Assembly (NCBI RefSeq): GCF_000143415.4
Contig: NW_003314287.1
Span: 62,001 to 126,000 of the forward strand
Direction: 5' to 3'
DNA: 64,000 bases
Origin: Selaginella moellendorffii
Lineage: Eukaryota > Plantae > Lycopodiophyta
Both the position numbers and the translations under genes were made by a program. The notes under the pieces were generated by a model that ran no database searches, was not told the origin of the DNA, and saw only the letters and a program-made list of their open reading frames with translations. Shown here piece after piece: positions 24,936 through 36,706 of the stretch (its first letter is position 1; every line of letters starts with the position of its first letter).

Positions 24936-26642
24936 GTGAAAGTATACGCTGAGGATAATGTTTTCCCGAGCCCCGATGTGATCAGTTCCCATCCCACCAC
25001 GGCAGCATTCCGGGCGACGGATGGAATGCTTTTGAGGGACGGTCTGGGCAGGATTATGGGCCATCGCCCGAGCGTCATATAGAGGGTTCGCAGCGCAAGG
25101 GATGGGCGCAAATCCAGGACACCCGGGCGGAGGCACGGATCCTGAAAGGAGGGAGGCACGTCTACCTCAAGATCGTGCACCGTGACGACGACGTCGCCCA
25201 GCGCAGGTTTGCCAGGGATGTCGCGGCGGCAAAGCTGGAAAATGGGATCTTGGAGCTGCAAGGAGCGCCATCGGCCGTTTGGATCCATCCGAACTATGTC
25301 CTCTTGGAGGAGCTGATTGAGCGCGAGCTGGAACAAGCCCGCTGGCACTGCTTCCATGTCGTTGGGACTCCGGGGATTGGGAAGAGCTACTTCGCCTTGT
25401 ACTGGCTCTACAAGCTCGCGCGGCGAAAGACGCGAGTTATCCACTGCCTCGATCGCGATGACCACCGTCATGGTGGGGATGGCGATGACGATGGCGATCG
25501 AGATAAGTGGTTTCTCTACGACTTCTCTCTCGAAGATCCTCTTGTCTGGACCGGGCCGAGATACTAGCAAAAGACGTCTTCCATGGGAATGGAGGGCTGG
25601 GACGCAGAAACTGCGTGGCTGATCGTGGATGGGCGCTTCAGTGCGCGAATCCAAGCCGGGCAGGATACCACAACTTCGCCAAAGACTTTGGCAAGCTCTG
25701 CCACCTCGAGGCGTGGTCTCTGTGCGAGCTCCTCGCGTGTAACCGGGCGCTGGAGCTGGGCTTTAGCGACGAGGAGCTGGCTGCGCGGTTTAGGATCGCT
25801 GGAGGACTGCCCAGCCTGGTGCTTTGCAAGCATGAGTTCATCGATGGCTTAGTGATGGATGCTGCTGCAAGCACTGTGGATGATCCGGACTGGGAGAGGG
25901 CCCCCGTGAGCGCCGAGAACGGCATTCTTGTGCACTATAAGCTCCCAAGGTGGAGCTCTGGGAGGTTATGGGAGCGCAGCCACCTCGTCCTTGGATCGGT
26001 GTTCATACAGAGCCTGGCGTTTGAGAAGCTGCGGCGACGAAGGGAAGTGGAGAGCTACCTTGGACACTTCTTTGATCTCAGAGGAACGCTGCTTTTCGAA
26101 GGATTGGCGTCGCAGATTTTCGAGAAGTTTGCGCTCGAGGTTCTCTCCCGGGGTGGAGCTTTCCAGTGCAAGTCTCTTGAAACCATCACAGGTTTGGAGG
26201 AGAAACTTGTCTTGCCGAGAAGCGATGGTGATTTTGTGACCAAGAGTGTCGAGCTGTTCTTCCCCGCTCAAGGTGAGTTTTTTTTAAAAGAAATTATAAT
26301 TTTTTATTTTCTTAAAAGTCTGGATAGATAAAGGTTCTTTTGTGATAGATCTTCGTGTTTACCGTGAGCTCCAAACGTCCAGTACATCGCTGCGCTGTTG
26401 CTCAGGCGATCGAGGGGTTTGATCGGTGGCATGTCGAGCGGGGCCCGGCGGCGCCACGGTGTTACAAGCTGGTCTTCCTCATACCAGATCTGAGGGACGA
26501 GCTCATCTTTCAGGACCGGCAGGAATACGTCCACGAAGATTTCACTACTTGTTCCGGCCCACTGAACCGCGATGTCAAGCAGTGCTCCAAAAGAAAAAAG
26601 GGGAAGAGAAAGACTCGTACGGATCATGTTAGCAAAGTCTAA
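24936..26642 (+). pseudogene. Crinkler/RHS-type header + P-loop NTPase + REase-like gene, disrupted
   Basis: VVGTPGIGKSYFALYWLY (Walker A), WLIVDG (Walker B), EAWSLCEL, FRIAGGLPSLV, FEKFALEVL and FTVSSKRP...YKLVFLIP. In-frame TAG at 25565-67 and frameshifts in the N-terminus and after Walker B. Confidence 0.8.
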
Positions 26643-27035
26643 CAGTATTTATTCTTATCTGGAAATAAATATCAAATAAGCATTTCAGGGATCCTGGCAT
26701 GGCAAGAAACTGGCGGGAGGAGACCTTGATCTGGTCAGATAATGCAAAGATCTCGTTAAAAAAAACTTGCTGTATGTATATTAATCTAGAGATGGCTCAA
26801 ACTATGTTCTGCCATGCTCCCCGTGCAACCAGACTTTCCCATGAGGCTGAGCAAGTTATGTCGATCATGCTCAAGAACAAATTTAGCGACTTGTTATCAT
26901 GTCTAGGTTGGGAACAGTTAATTACATTTCATAACAAAAAAACAAAACAAAGAGGGCTTCTTTAAATTCCAATAAAATAAACAGATAGTTTAGAAACATT
27001 TATAGTTATGTTTTAAAAGTCAAAGTCTGCTGGAT

Positions 27036-28849
27036 TCACCACGGCACAGAAATCACGACTTGTTTCAACCTCTTCATCGCATCGAGCTGAACACCGTACC
27101 TTCGGCCGTCATCCTGGAGGTACTTCTGCTCCTTTATTGAGTGAAACATGTGTTCCGGCACCACAAACACAAGCTCGTAACACGGAGGCAGCTTGTGCTG
27201 GCGATGCTTGTACCATTTATCCGCAATGACTTCAGCTAGCTTACTCCACGACAGTGGGTGTTCTTCTGCAACAGTGACCTGGTACACCTTGCAAAGCGTT
27301 TTCAAATCCGCCAGCCCGATCCCATCGAATGCCTTCTGGTTGGATGCATAAGGCTCAACGAACGTCCACTCTGCTAACCCATTCGTGCCCCTTGCGTCTG
27401 CAGCTGTGAGTAGACTGTTGGAATGCTGCCCTTTCTTCCGCTTCTTGCTATTTTGCACACTCTCATCTCCTTCGACCATTCGTTTCACTTGTTTGTACCT
27501 GATCTCGTGAACGAGGATTTTCCCAGTAGCTAGACAGCGCATCTTGTACTTCCTTCCCTGGCTCGATCCTTCCAGCTCATTTAAAACATGTCGCGCATAC
27601 ACTTTCCCTGCTAAGGCTCCAGCCCAACCAATGTGTTGGCAGTGGTTGAAGAATCTATGAGCTTGCCCTTTCGTCTGGAGGCTATCCAAGGACAGGGTCT
27701 CGATCCTGCTGGATCCGAACTCCAGGTGCATCTTTTCTACGTTCTTCTCCCCATTTTCGTCCTTCTCGAGTTTGTAATGGAGGAGAAGATCTGGAATGTC
27801 TGGATCCTCGATACAGCTACCGGCGCAATCGACCACCCTCTCCCAGTTTTTGACCAGCCCGACAGCAGCTCTGACGACTGTGTCCAGCTCCTCAAGGTCC
27901 AATGACCGACTGAAAACATACCGTGGCAAGCCACCGCATATCTCAAAGCGTCTCTTGATATCTTCGTCACTGAAGGATAGCCCAAGCGCGTTCTTGCAAG
28001 CTACCAAGTCCTCCATCTGCCATGCCTCCAAATGACAAATCCGTCCTGTATCCTATAATAATTAAACTTCTCATCACAATCTAAAATCCATTCAAGTTTG
28101 TAAACATTATCCTCTTATAAACTTGATTCTCAAACACTTTCTAAGAACCAGATTACATTATTTATAGCTCTCCAATCAATGCTATGATCACACTTCACAT
28201 CAATAAAAGATAGCAAAACATTGAGAATAAAAGAATCTATATAATCATATCTCATAAAAGCTAGAGATGGTAATTGACCAAGAATGGGCACACCACCAAT
28301 ATAATCATGCCTTAAAACACCAAAAGTTTAATTTAACAGAGTAGCATTAGCAATATCAACTGATATACTTTTTGATTAATGACAATGTGATATAGTAGAA
28401 AAAGAGGAATGCAATGAAAATAAAAACAAATAAGCACAATGATAACTAGAACTCTAGATCCGAGCACCTGCTAACTCTTTCGCGTATCTCTGATGTACGG
28501 CGAAGTTCGCCACACCTTCAGCCGGGCGTACCAGGGGAGGTAAGGGATCTTGGACTACGAGTTTCATGAAGATATCGCTTCCCTTCTTCATGACTGTAGA
28601 AGCGCTCCTGGTGTCCGCAATTGGATACCATCCCTTCGTCTTTGCTCCGCGCAGCACACACACCACAACACTTGGGTGATGGCCCATGATCTCGCCCAAA
28701 ACCTCACTCAGCTCCATACCTTCCGTGGCGTCGAAGCAGCGCTGAGAACCAGAGGAGATTACTGCATCCTCACTTGGGTAGAGGGTCGCACCATTAGACA
28801 CGACCGCGTACCAGACACGGCAGTCTGGCTCGCTCTCTTCCTCCGCCAT
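27036..28849 (-). pseudogene. Crinkler/RHS-type paralogue: N-terminal header 28849-28458 and C-terminal part 28052-27036, with the NTPase core replaced by filler DNA
   Basis: CHLEAWQMEDL, RFEICGGLPRYVF, PYASNQKAFDG...YQVTVAEEHP and YELVFVVP. The header is homologous to 24936-25230 (IMGHHPSV vs IMGHRPSV; KGWYPIADTR vs KGWAQIQDTR). Confidence 0.8.
28053..28460 (+). repeat. 408-bp direct copy of 29639-30046
   Basis: Same length and same ends (ctataataattaaac...actctagatc); I noticed two substitutions (cacttt vs cattct). Confidence 0.92.
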
Positions 28850-29638
28850 CGCGCACCCTTGATATTACACGATGGTGGATTATTCCAGGGATAGAATATT
28901 CTTTCTTCTTGAGGAAACGATTGTCACGCTTGGATCACCCAAAAGGCCACTGGCCGGACAGAGCAATAGCCGCCTTGTTTCATTTAGATCGAAGTTCACT
29001 TCCTGGAGCTTCCGGAGTGGCTAGGCGAGCTGGCACACAGCATCTCCTGAGTTCTTCATGCACTGGAACAGGTTTCACAAGCGTCCCGGTCGCCTTTGTG
29101 CAGCTCCAGCACAACAACGGATCCATCAAGTTGCAGGAGTGCCGGCAAAGCTAGTTACAGAGAGTCCACAGATCCCAGGGAGAGCTGCATTGATACTTAA
29201 GTGAATCTTAGACACAATAAATAAAATAAATGATAATAACAGGCATGTCGCTAAATTGTATGATTCGGCTCAAGCTGAGGCGCTTTCTGTCTTTATGCCT
29301 CTTGAGCATGATCAACATCTTCATGGGCAGGGCAGAGTCTACCACCTCATAGTTTGAGCCACTCCAGTATAGCTTAGCTCTAGTATATATGCAGCAAGAT
29401 TTTTTATGAGATCAATATCCTCCACACAGTACAAATGACTTGATCTTCCATACTATGATGATCCCATAGATGTTCTCATGTTGGGTGTGGTGCCATCTGC
29501 AAGAAGGTGCAGCTCAATCTCTACATTGGTGCCATATGAGACTGGAAAGCAAACACTTCTATTAATTGTGTTCATGCGTGTTAGGAGAAGGAAATATTAT
29601 ATATAAGGTGATTGAAAAATTAATCTCTAAAGCTATCT

Positions 29639-30046
29639 CTATAATAATTAAACTTCTCATCACAATCTAAAATCCATTCAAGTTTGTAAACATTATCCTC
29701 TTATAAACTTGATTCTCAAACATTCTCTAAGAACCAGATTACATTATTTATAGCTCTCCAATCAATGCTATGATCACACTTCACATCAATAAAAGATAGC
29801 AAAACATTGAGAATAAAAGAATCTATATAATCATATCTCATAAAAGCTAGAGATGGTAATTGACCAAGAATGGGCACACCACCAATATAATCATGCCTTA
29901 AAACACCAAAAGTTTAATTTAACAGAGTAGCATTAGCAATATCAACTGATATACTTTTTGATTAATGACAATGTGATATAGTAGAAAAAGAGGAATGCAA
30001 TGAAAATAAAAACAAATAAGCACAATGATAACTAGAACTCTAGATC
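29639..30046 (+). repeat. 408-bp copy within a longer AT-rich segment; probable source of 28053-28460
   Basis: Matches 28053-28460. The AT-rich segment continues to an LTR-like end gggttatgaca near 30288. Confidence 0.9.
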
Positions 30047-30371
30047 TTGCAAAAAGCTAATATAAATTTAAATCCACAAAAGAAAAAAATGAATAAAACT
30101 AAAATCACAATCCCAAACACTAAACATTGCTAAAAACATTAGGGATATAGAAATACAATATTTAGACTCGAAATTCAGTCTTAAATAGATGGTTAACTAT
30201 AATTAACATATTACTTTATATATAGAAAGACAAAAATTAAAATTTATGAGATAAAGTTTAAACTTTTCTAGAATTTTGGGTTATGACATTCTTAGTATAC
30301 CTCTTATCCCACAGAAAGAAAAATTATCCTGCTTGCAGCCATTCACATTATCTTTTGCCAAGATTTCACTT

Positions 30372-31812
30372 CTATTCAAGGAACTTGATCCATTCATCAA
30401 GAACTTTGGGAGATCCATACCATGGCCTCTCTTCATCATTCGCACCAACAGGTGAGTGGTAGACACCATCAAATGTTATGTTTGTTGCTCCTCTCAAATG
30501 TGCTGACATTGCAGGAACAACACCATCGCCCCACACATCACCTCTCCCACAAACCTGGTAAAAAACAACCATAGCTATTATCTCTCCAAAATTCATTCCA
30601 TTTAGTTACCTGCTTGTATCCTTGGCCAATAAGTCTATCTTCATACGAAGGAGTTAATTCTTCCCCATCGTCAATTTCTTCCTCGTCGCTTTCTACTATT
30701 GTTTCAACCAGCGTGCCTGTTGTCACACTTCCAACGCCTGCTGCTACCACAGCATCCGGGGATTTAGATCGAGTAGCACCCTTTATATATCTGTATGCAA
30801 CGAACAAAAAACGATCATAAACGATAGAATTGAAACCGGTACATGCCTGCTAGCAATGCAAACGTATTTTACTTGAGGAGCATGAAAGGCCCCGGGGCAC
30901 TTCTCTTCGACGTAGTCTAGCAGGCCCCGTGTTTGATCGAAAACACCGGGGACTCCTTTTGGAGGTGGCCTGGATAGAGTTAGAAAACGAAGCTACAACT
31001 TCGATTCGAATCGACCAATCAGTGAAACTTACAAGTGAGGAGTTCCAAGTGTGAGCAAAAGAGAAATATCGTCGGTTCCAAACTCCAGCATGAAAACCCG
31101 GGCAAGCCATCCTCCCGCTGAATGAGCAATCAGCGAGACTTTGTCATGACCTGCGAGCAAAGCACTGGAAAAAAAGCTGAGAAAAAAGAAAGCTTGCGAA
31201 AGTCGAGATGAGATCGAAAGAAGCTTCTACCGTGCTTGGCCTTGACAGCATCAATAGCAACTTTTATTCTTTCCAAGTACCTGCAAAAAGTTCGATCTTC
31301 TAAAGAGTTCACGAGATGATTCAAGACTGTACCAGTCAAGAACAGGCCTGGGCTTGAGCGTTCCTCTCCAGTAATTCCCGTCGAGCAAACCAGCAGCATT
31401 TCGTAGCCAATCCAGCCTCGAAACTTTCAAAACCTTGACTGGAAATCCTTTGCTGCGGAGAGCTGACGAGAGTGGAGCATAGTCTCCAGTGTTATTGCCT
31501 AGTCCCTAGCTTGAAAAATAATGAGAAACCAAAAGAAAACTTTTCGACTAAATTGCGAAGTTCAAGGAAAAAAAACAAGATCTAGACAAGAAATCCAAGT
31601 AAACTTTCGACTAGATTAGAACGTTCTAGACTAAAAAGAAGAGAAAAACCTAGCCAAGCAATCGAGCTATTGTAAAACTCTTGAAGGAGTGACTGACTTA
31701 CGGGTAGTATGACAGTGCTTTGTCGCTGGGTCAAGTGGCCATTGTTTGATGGCGAGGCGAGGCACCCAACAATGTGGCTGGATTGGGTGCATACCATGGG
31801 TGCCATCACCAT
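30372..31812 (-). CDS. Multi-exon alpha/beta hydrolase (PGAP1-like, At5g17670-type)
   Basis: GNNTGDY, VSRLDWLRNAAGL, AHSAGGWLAR (nucleophile elbow), LLTLGTPH, DQTRGLL, WGDGVVP and GVYHSPVG...WYGS; short GT-AG introns. Confidence 0.9.
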
Positions 31813-32179
31813 ATCACTCCCACCACGCAGGAGCTCCAATTCACAATCCCTCCCCTTGCCCTGGGATGAAATCAAACAAAAAACATTGTCAAATAAGTCA
31901 AAACAATGTCAAAGTTCGTCAAATTAAGTCAAGGGCTAAAAGATCAAAGTCTAATATTAATTAACCAAAAAACTCTAATTTATATAGCTATTAAAATTTT
32001 ATTACAGTCGTAAATTTAAACCGTCGTAAACCGTCGTAAATTTAAACCTCACAAGTCCATAATAGTTAAATTCGTTTACTCGTAAAATACAAAATTAAAA
32101 AGCCAATGTAAGGGTCAAAATAAATCAAAGTCAATGGTCACTTACAAGACCAACTTTTAAACTTCTTTCAAAGAAAGAA

Positions 32180-32572
32180 ATGGCAACGCTAATGTCACAG
32201 GAAGAGGCGGAGAGCTTCGCAGTGGAGTGGTGCGCATCACTCAACTCGCACAGCCTGGCCTCCATCCTCGCGCACTACGAGCGAGGCGCCACTCTGGTGT
32301 CACCCCTGGTATGTGATCTCCTCGCGCGGAGCTCGGGAGCGCTCCAGGGCCTCGTGGAGCTCTCACATTTCTTCCACAAGCTCATGCTCCGCTTCCCAGA
32401 TCTCCACCTCCAGATCCTCCACGTCTTTGGAGGCGTGTCCAGCTTAGTGGTCGTCTACCAGGGAGTTCCAGGACTGTTTCTAGTTTCCGAGATGTTGGAG
32501 ATCGATCCAAAGTCACGTAAGATCTCTAGAGCTGTGGTGCACTTGAAGAAATCCTGCCACAGCGCTGCTTGA
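32180..32572 (+). CDS. Intronless SnoaL-like / NTF2-fold protein
   Basis: FAVEWCASLNSHSLASILAHY...SPLV...GALQG...FPDLHLQILHVFGGVSSLVVVY...E...RAVVH matches the pattern of bacterial SnoaL_2 proteins. Confidence 0.8.
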   Translation: MATLMSQEEAESFAVEWCASLNSHSLASILAHYERGATLVSPLVCDLLARSSGALQGLVELSHFFHKLMLRFPDLHLQILHVFGGVSSLVVVYQGVPGLFLVSEMLEIDPKSRKISRAVVHLKKSCHSAA

Positions 32573-32798
32573 GCCAAAAAAAAAAGAGAGAGAAAAAAGA
32601 AGAAAAACACTGTCAAAAAGCAGATGTAATGAAGCAAACCTGTCTTATTCCCCTGGCACGAATTCCTTTACAGCTATGGCTGGCTAACGAGCAAAACGAT
32701 TACTTACAGTAAAGAACTTACACCCGGAGTCGTTGCTGTGCAAAATATGTATAGAAGATTTGGGCTGTGATCTCTGCCGGATTAACTGGATGGTTGGT

Positions 32799-34170
32799 TC
32801 ATTTGTCCGGCTTAAGATCGGCCAGGACTTCCTTCAAATCCGTCGGAGGCTTGGACTTGCCATTGATGATCTCGAATGTGACGTTCGACAGTGGACAGAG
32901 TCCTTGCAAGCAAGCCTGAGCAATCACTGCAACGTCCTTTCGAGCAATGGTCCCCAGCCCTTTGTCACCTGCAGACAAAGCCAAAACCAGCACCGTCAAA
33001 AGAATTAGCTTCGCAACAAGAACTGTCAAAGGAAAAGAGCCCAAAAGCTAGAAAACGATGAGAGAGAATTTCAAGCAATATGAGTTCCTAGCGTCTCAAC
33101 TCACCTTGTTCGGCGATGATCTTGTATTGACCGCCTTCTTTGTTGAGTAATCCCCCGGGCCTGATGATAAAATACCCGAGCTCCTCGTGCTGGGAGTAGG
33201 CTTCCTTGACAGCTGCCTCGCCCTACAGCACAACAAGAGTCAGAGAGTTGGATGCTACCTACACGTGTTCGTGCAACAGCGATGCTGAAACGTCAAACGG
33301 AAAGCGAAATGAAAGCTGACCTTAAGCTTCCACACCAAAACTCGACCTTTAACCGCATTGAGAATGAGAGAAATGGGTGAGTAAGGCCTTGTCACTCCCA
33401 TTGACGAGACGAGTACGAACTTTGGAACCTGGAAAATGTGAAAGAAAAAGAAGAGTTAAAAAATCTCGAGCTAGATAGCTAGCGCTTTGATGCTCTTACC
33501 TTTGCAGAAGCAGCGGCCTCGGCAAGGTGTTTAACTCCCAGATAGTCGACGAACTTTGGTGTGTCCTCCATGACAGAGCCAGGGAGCTTCCATCCAGCTC
33601 GAGCACCAATCGTGCACACAACCCCGTCCATTCCTTCGCAAGCAGGCGCCAGCGTCTCGGGTTTCGTTACATCACCAAGGACGAATTTCACCTTGTCGCC
33701 TGCCAGAAGAAGAAGAAGAAAAAGAAGAACACTTAAGCCTGACACTACCAAGTCTCTAGAGTTCCTAGAGATTCAAGAAAAGTGGACAAAATTCACTGAC
33801 TTGTGGAATCCAAGGCCTTGGTTGCTCGCTCCAAATTCCTCACGAGAGCATACACTTCAAACTCCTCGGACGCGGCGAGCAATTTCGCGACCTGGAAAGA
33901 ACCAAGAACACATCAAAACACCCCAAATTATGGAACGCAAACCCTGAGAGCACCGGCAGAAAACAGTCAAAGATCGATCAAACACCCCGAAAACCCTGTG
34001 CGCTACCTCCATCTCGAGCATCGGCAAAGAGTGCCGCTAAATCACGATTCAATCTCGAAAGAATGCAGGCAAAGATCGATCCAACACCTCAAAATCCCTG
34101 CGCGCTCGTGAATGCAGCGCCATACCTCGAGGCCGCAGCCGCTGCTGCTCCCGACGACTAGCACCTTCAT
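32799..34170 (-). CDS. Atypical SDR / NAD(P)H-binding Rossmann-fold protein (TIC62/At2g34460-like), multi-exon
   Basis: MKVLVVGSSSGCG, VYALVRN, GDVTKPETL, VDYLGVKHL, FVLVSSMGV, WKLKGE, IIRPGGL and IARKDVA. Confidence 0.88.
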
Positions 34171-34324
34171 CCCTCCGCCGCGACGGAAATGAAAAACCCT
34201 AGTGCTGTTCTTCCAAGAGCACACATGTAAAGGCGGTGTGGTTTGATTTTTACTTTGGAAAGTTTCTAGCTAGTAATATTTCTCCCTCTCATATACCTTT
34301 CGATCGATCGATCCTTCACAGGGG

Positions 34325-35411
34325 CTAGAAAGAAGGCACGATTCCATCCGCCATAGCCGAGAGCACGAAATGCTCCACATCCGATCGCTTCACGAAGCGG
34401 CCTTTGATCCTTGGCCGGATCTCCGCGTAGGCCTTCCGGGACGCGTAGCGCACCGTCTTCTCGAATTTGCGATTCTTGCGCTTCTCCTTGTAGCGCAGCA
34501 CTCGCTCCTCCCTGGCGATCCCGGGACTTTGCTGCTGGATGCCCTGCTCGCCTCGAGAAATCTGGCACAGGAACTCGATCATGTTTCCTGGATAGGGTTT
34601 GGAGATGTCGCTCATGCTGGAGCTGGATTCCGGGACCGCCGCCACTGAGGAAGATCTCTGCGATGAATTGGCAGCACAGATCATCAGAAGAAAGCACGAG
34701 AAATCTCTTTCCGCAGCGATTCTGTGTGGGAAATGCATCGCTGAGCAAAAGCCCTCTCTTGATTTCACGGTATCGAGCGAGATTTTTGCGAAGAACACGC
34801 GAGAACTTTCTTGCAAGAACACGAAGAACACGCGAGAGGAGGGAGAGAGAAATGGCGCTTACTGTTTGGCTGAGAGAGATCGTTGTGCCAGTCCCTCCCA
34901 AGCTATAGGAGCCACCCTCGGGCTGTTCTTGCAAGAATCCCGGAAGATTTGGCGCTGCTCCCACCTCGAGGAAGGAATCGAGCGAATCGATCACGCCGAA
35001 ATTCGCGAGAGGCTGCTGCTGTTGTTGTGGATTCTGCCAGCAATCCGGCGCGGCGAGGAGGAGAGGATTGTAGTTTGGAACGACCGACGAAGCGTTGATG
35101 TGCGCGACCTTGATCATGCTTGGGCACTCAAAGAACGGCGTGACCGCGACCCTCTCGTGGCGATTGGCGAGCGGATTGGCCGAGTGGATGTCGGTGTCGC
35201 ACGACGCGCACAGCGCCGCGGCATCGGCCTTGCAGATCACCGCCGCCGGGGCGTGCTCGCACACCTCGCAGATCCAAACCCTCTCGTGCCGCGACGCGAG
35301 CTTGTTGGCGCCGTGGACCTTGAGATCGCAGCCCAGGCAGATGTAAGCCATGTCCGCCGTGCAGTAGATCGCCGCGTTGGAGACTCGACATCCATCGCAG
35401 AGCTTCGTCAT
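34325..35411 (-). CDS. COL: CONSTANS-like protein with two B-boxes and a CCT domain; exons 35411-34863 and 34657-34325
   Basis: CDGC...[14 protein letters not shown]...[12 protein letters not shown]...[13 protein letters not shown]...[10 protein letters not shown] and [40 protein letters not shown]. Confidence 0.96.
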
Positions 35412-36508
35412 CGATCGAGCAAGCACCAATCCGAAGAAATCTCTAGAAAATTTTCACTCCCGATGGAACTAGAATCGTCTAGGATCTTTTCCAATCCCTC
35501 CAGTGGCTGTCCTCTGGGCGGGAATTGCTGGATTGCCCCCCAGATCGCTGCTCTACTATCTCATTGCAGCGTGCGCTAGCGATTTAATGCGAGATTTCAT
35601 GTGGGTAGGGAACAGGGAGTGAAAAATCTGTGCGCGATCCGTCAGTACAGGCTGGATTACATTGGAAAATGGGGAAGAACAATCGATGAGAGGGGGGTGT
35701 TTGCTTAGAACCCTAAAACCATGGACCAGCTGTGCGGATGATAATCGCAGGGAGCCCAACGCCGTCGATCCGGGCAGCCAATCACATGATAGTTCTAGAT
35801 CCTTTGCGTCTTCACGTGGCATTTTCACTTTTCCCGCCGGAGAAAAGAAGGGTCCAAAAACAAAAAATTGCGACAACGACCCCACTTGCCACTCTGGCCT
35901 TCTGCCATTGGTCCAGCGCACAGAAAAAATCTTTTCCCGGGCGCTCAGAGCTCCCGTATCTGGCGAGAAGATTTTCCGGAATAGTTTTTCCGGGAGGATG
36001 AGGGATTCCCGGGCGGAAGGCTCTGATGATCTGGACCGTTGGATGTGTTGTCAGTATGAGGCCTCAGTGCTTTTCAATCGTGGCTCCCAACGACAAGCAG
36101 CTGTAAGAATGGATTCAAGAATCATGGCAACAAAAAGAGAGCACTATCTTTAATCAAAGTGGGGGCACAAAAAGGTTTAAAGTTTAAAAAAGGTCCAAAA
36201 TGTTGAGCACTAGGGGAAACATTGGATGGAATTTTTTGTTCTTTATGCAAGTCAAGTTCTACTATAACTTCTAGAATGGAAAAATAGACTCCAGTTATAA
36301 TTACAAGGTCAATGGTTTCTCAATGTGGGTTACAGTATTTTAACTTTAAACAATAACTTTAAATATTATAAATATAAATTTTTATATAATGCAATCTCAC
36401 AAATGCTTTTACTTTTATTTGATTATATAATGAATATTAATTTAATAATATAAAAGAATTCATTTTGGATAAATAATGAAAAATCAAATATGTCAATATA
36501 TGGAATAC

Positions 36509-36615
<107 letters not shown>

Positions 36616-36706
36616 TATTAGATTGGCCCAAAAACTCTAATTTATATATATGAGCAAATGAAACTAATCCAATAACTATCAACTCAATATACTAATAATA
36701 GTAAAC

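Noticed and set aside
28053-28460. Intron joining the CRN-like header to its C-terminal ORF
   Set aside because: An AG precedes the downstream frame, but the nearest plausible donor is out of phase, and splicing would still omit the NTPase core.
29240-29530. Possible protein kinase fragment on the minus strand
   Set aside because: Only an HPN-like motif spread over broken frames.
34599-35579. 326-aa plus-strand ORF
   Set aside because: Antisense shadow of the GC-rich CONSTANS-like CDS.
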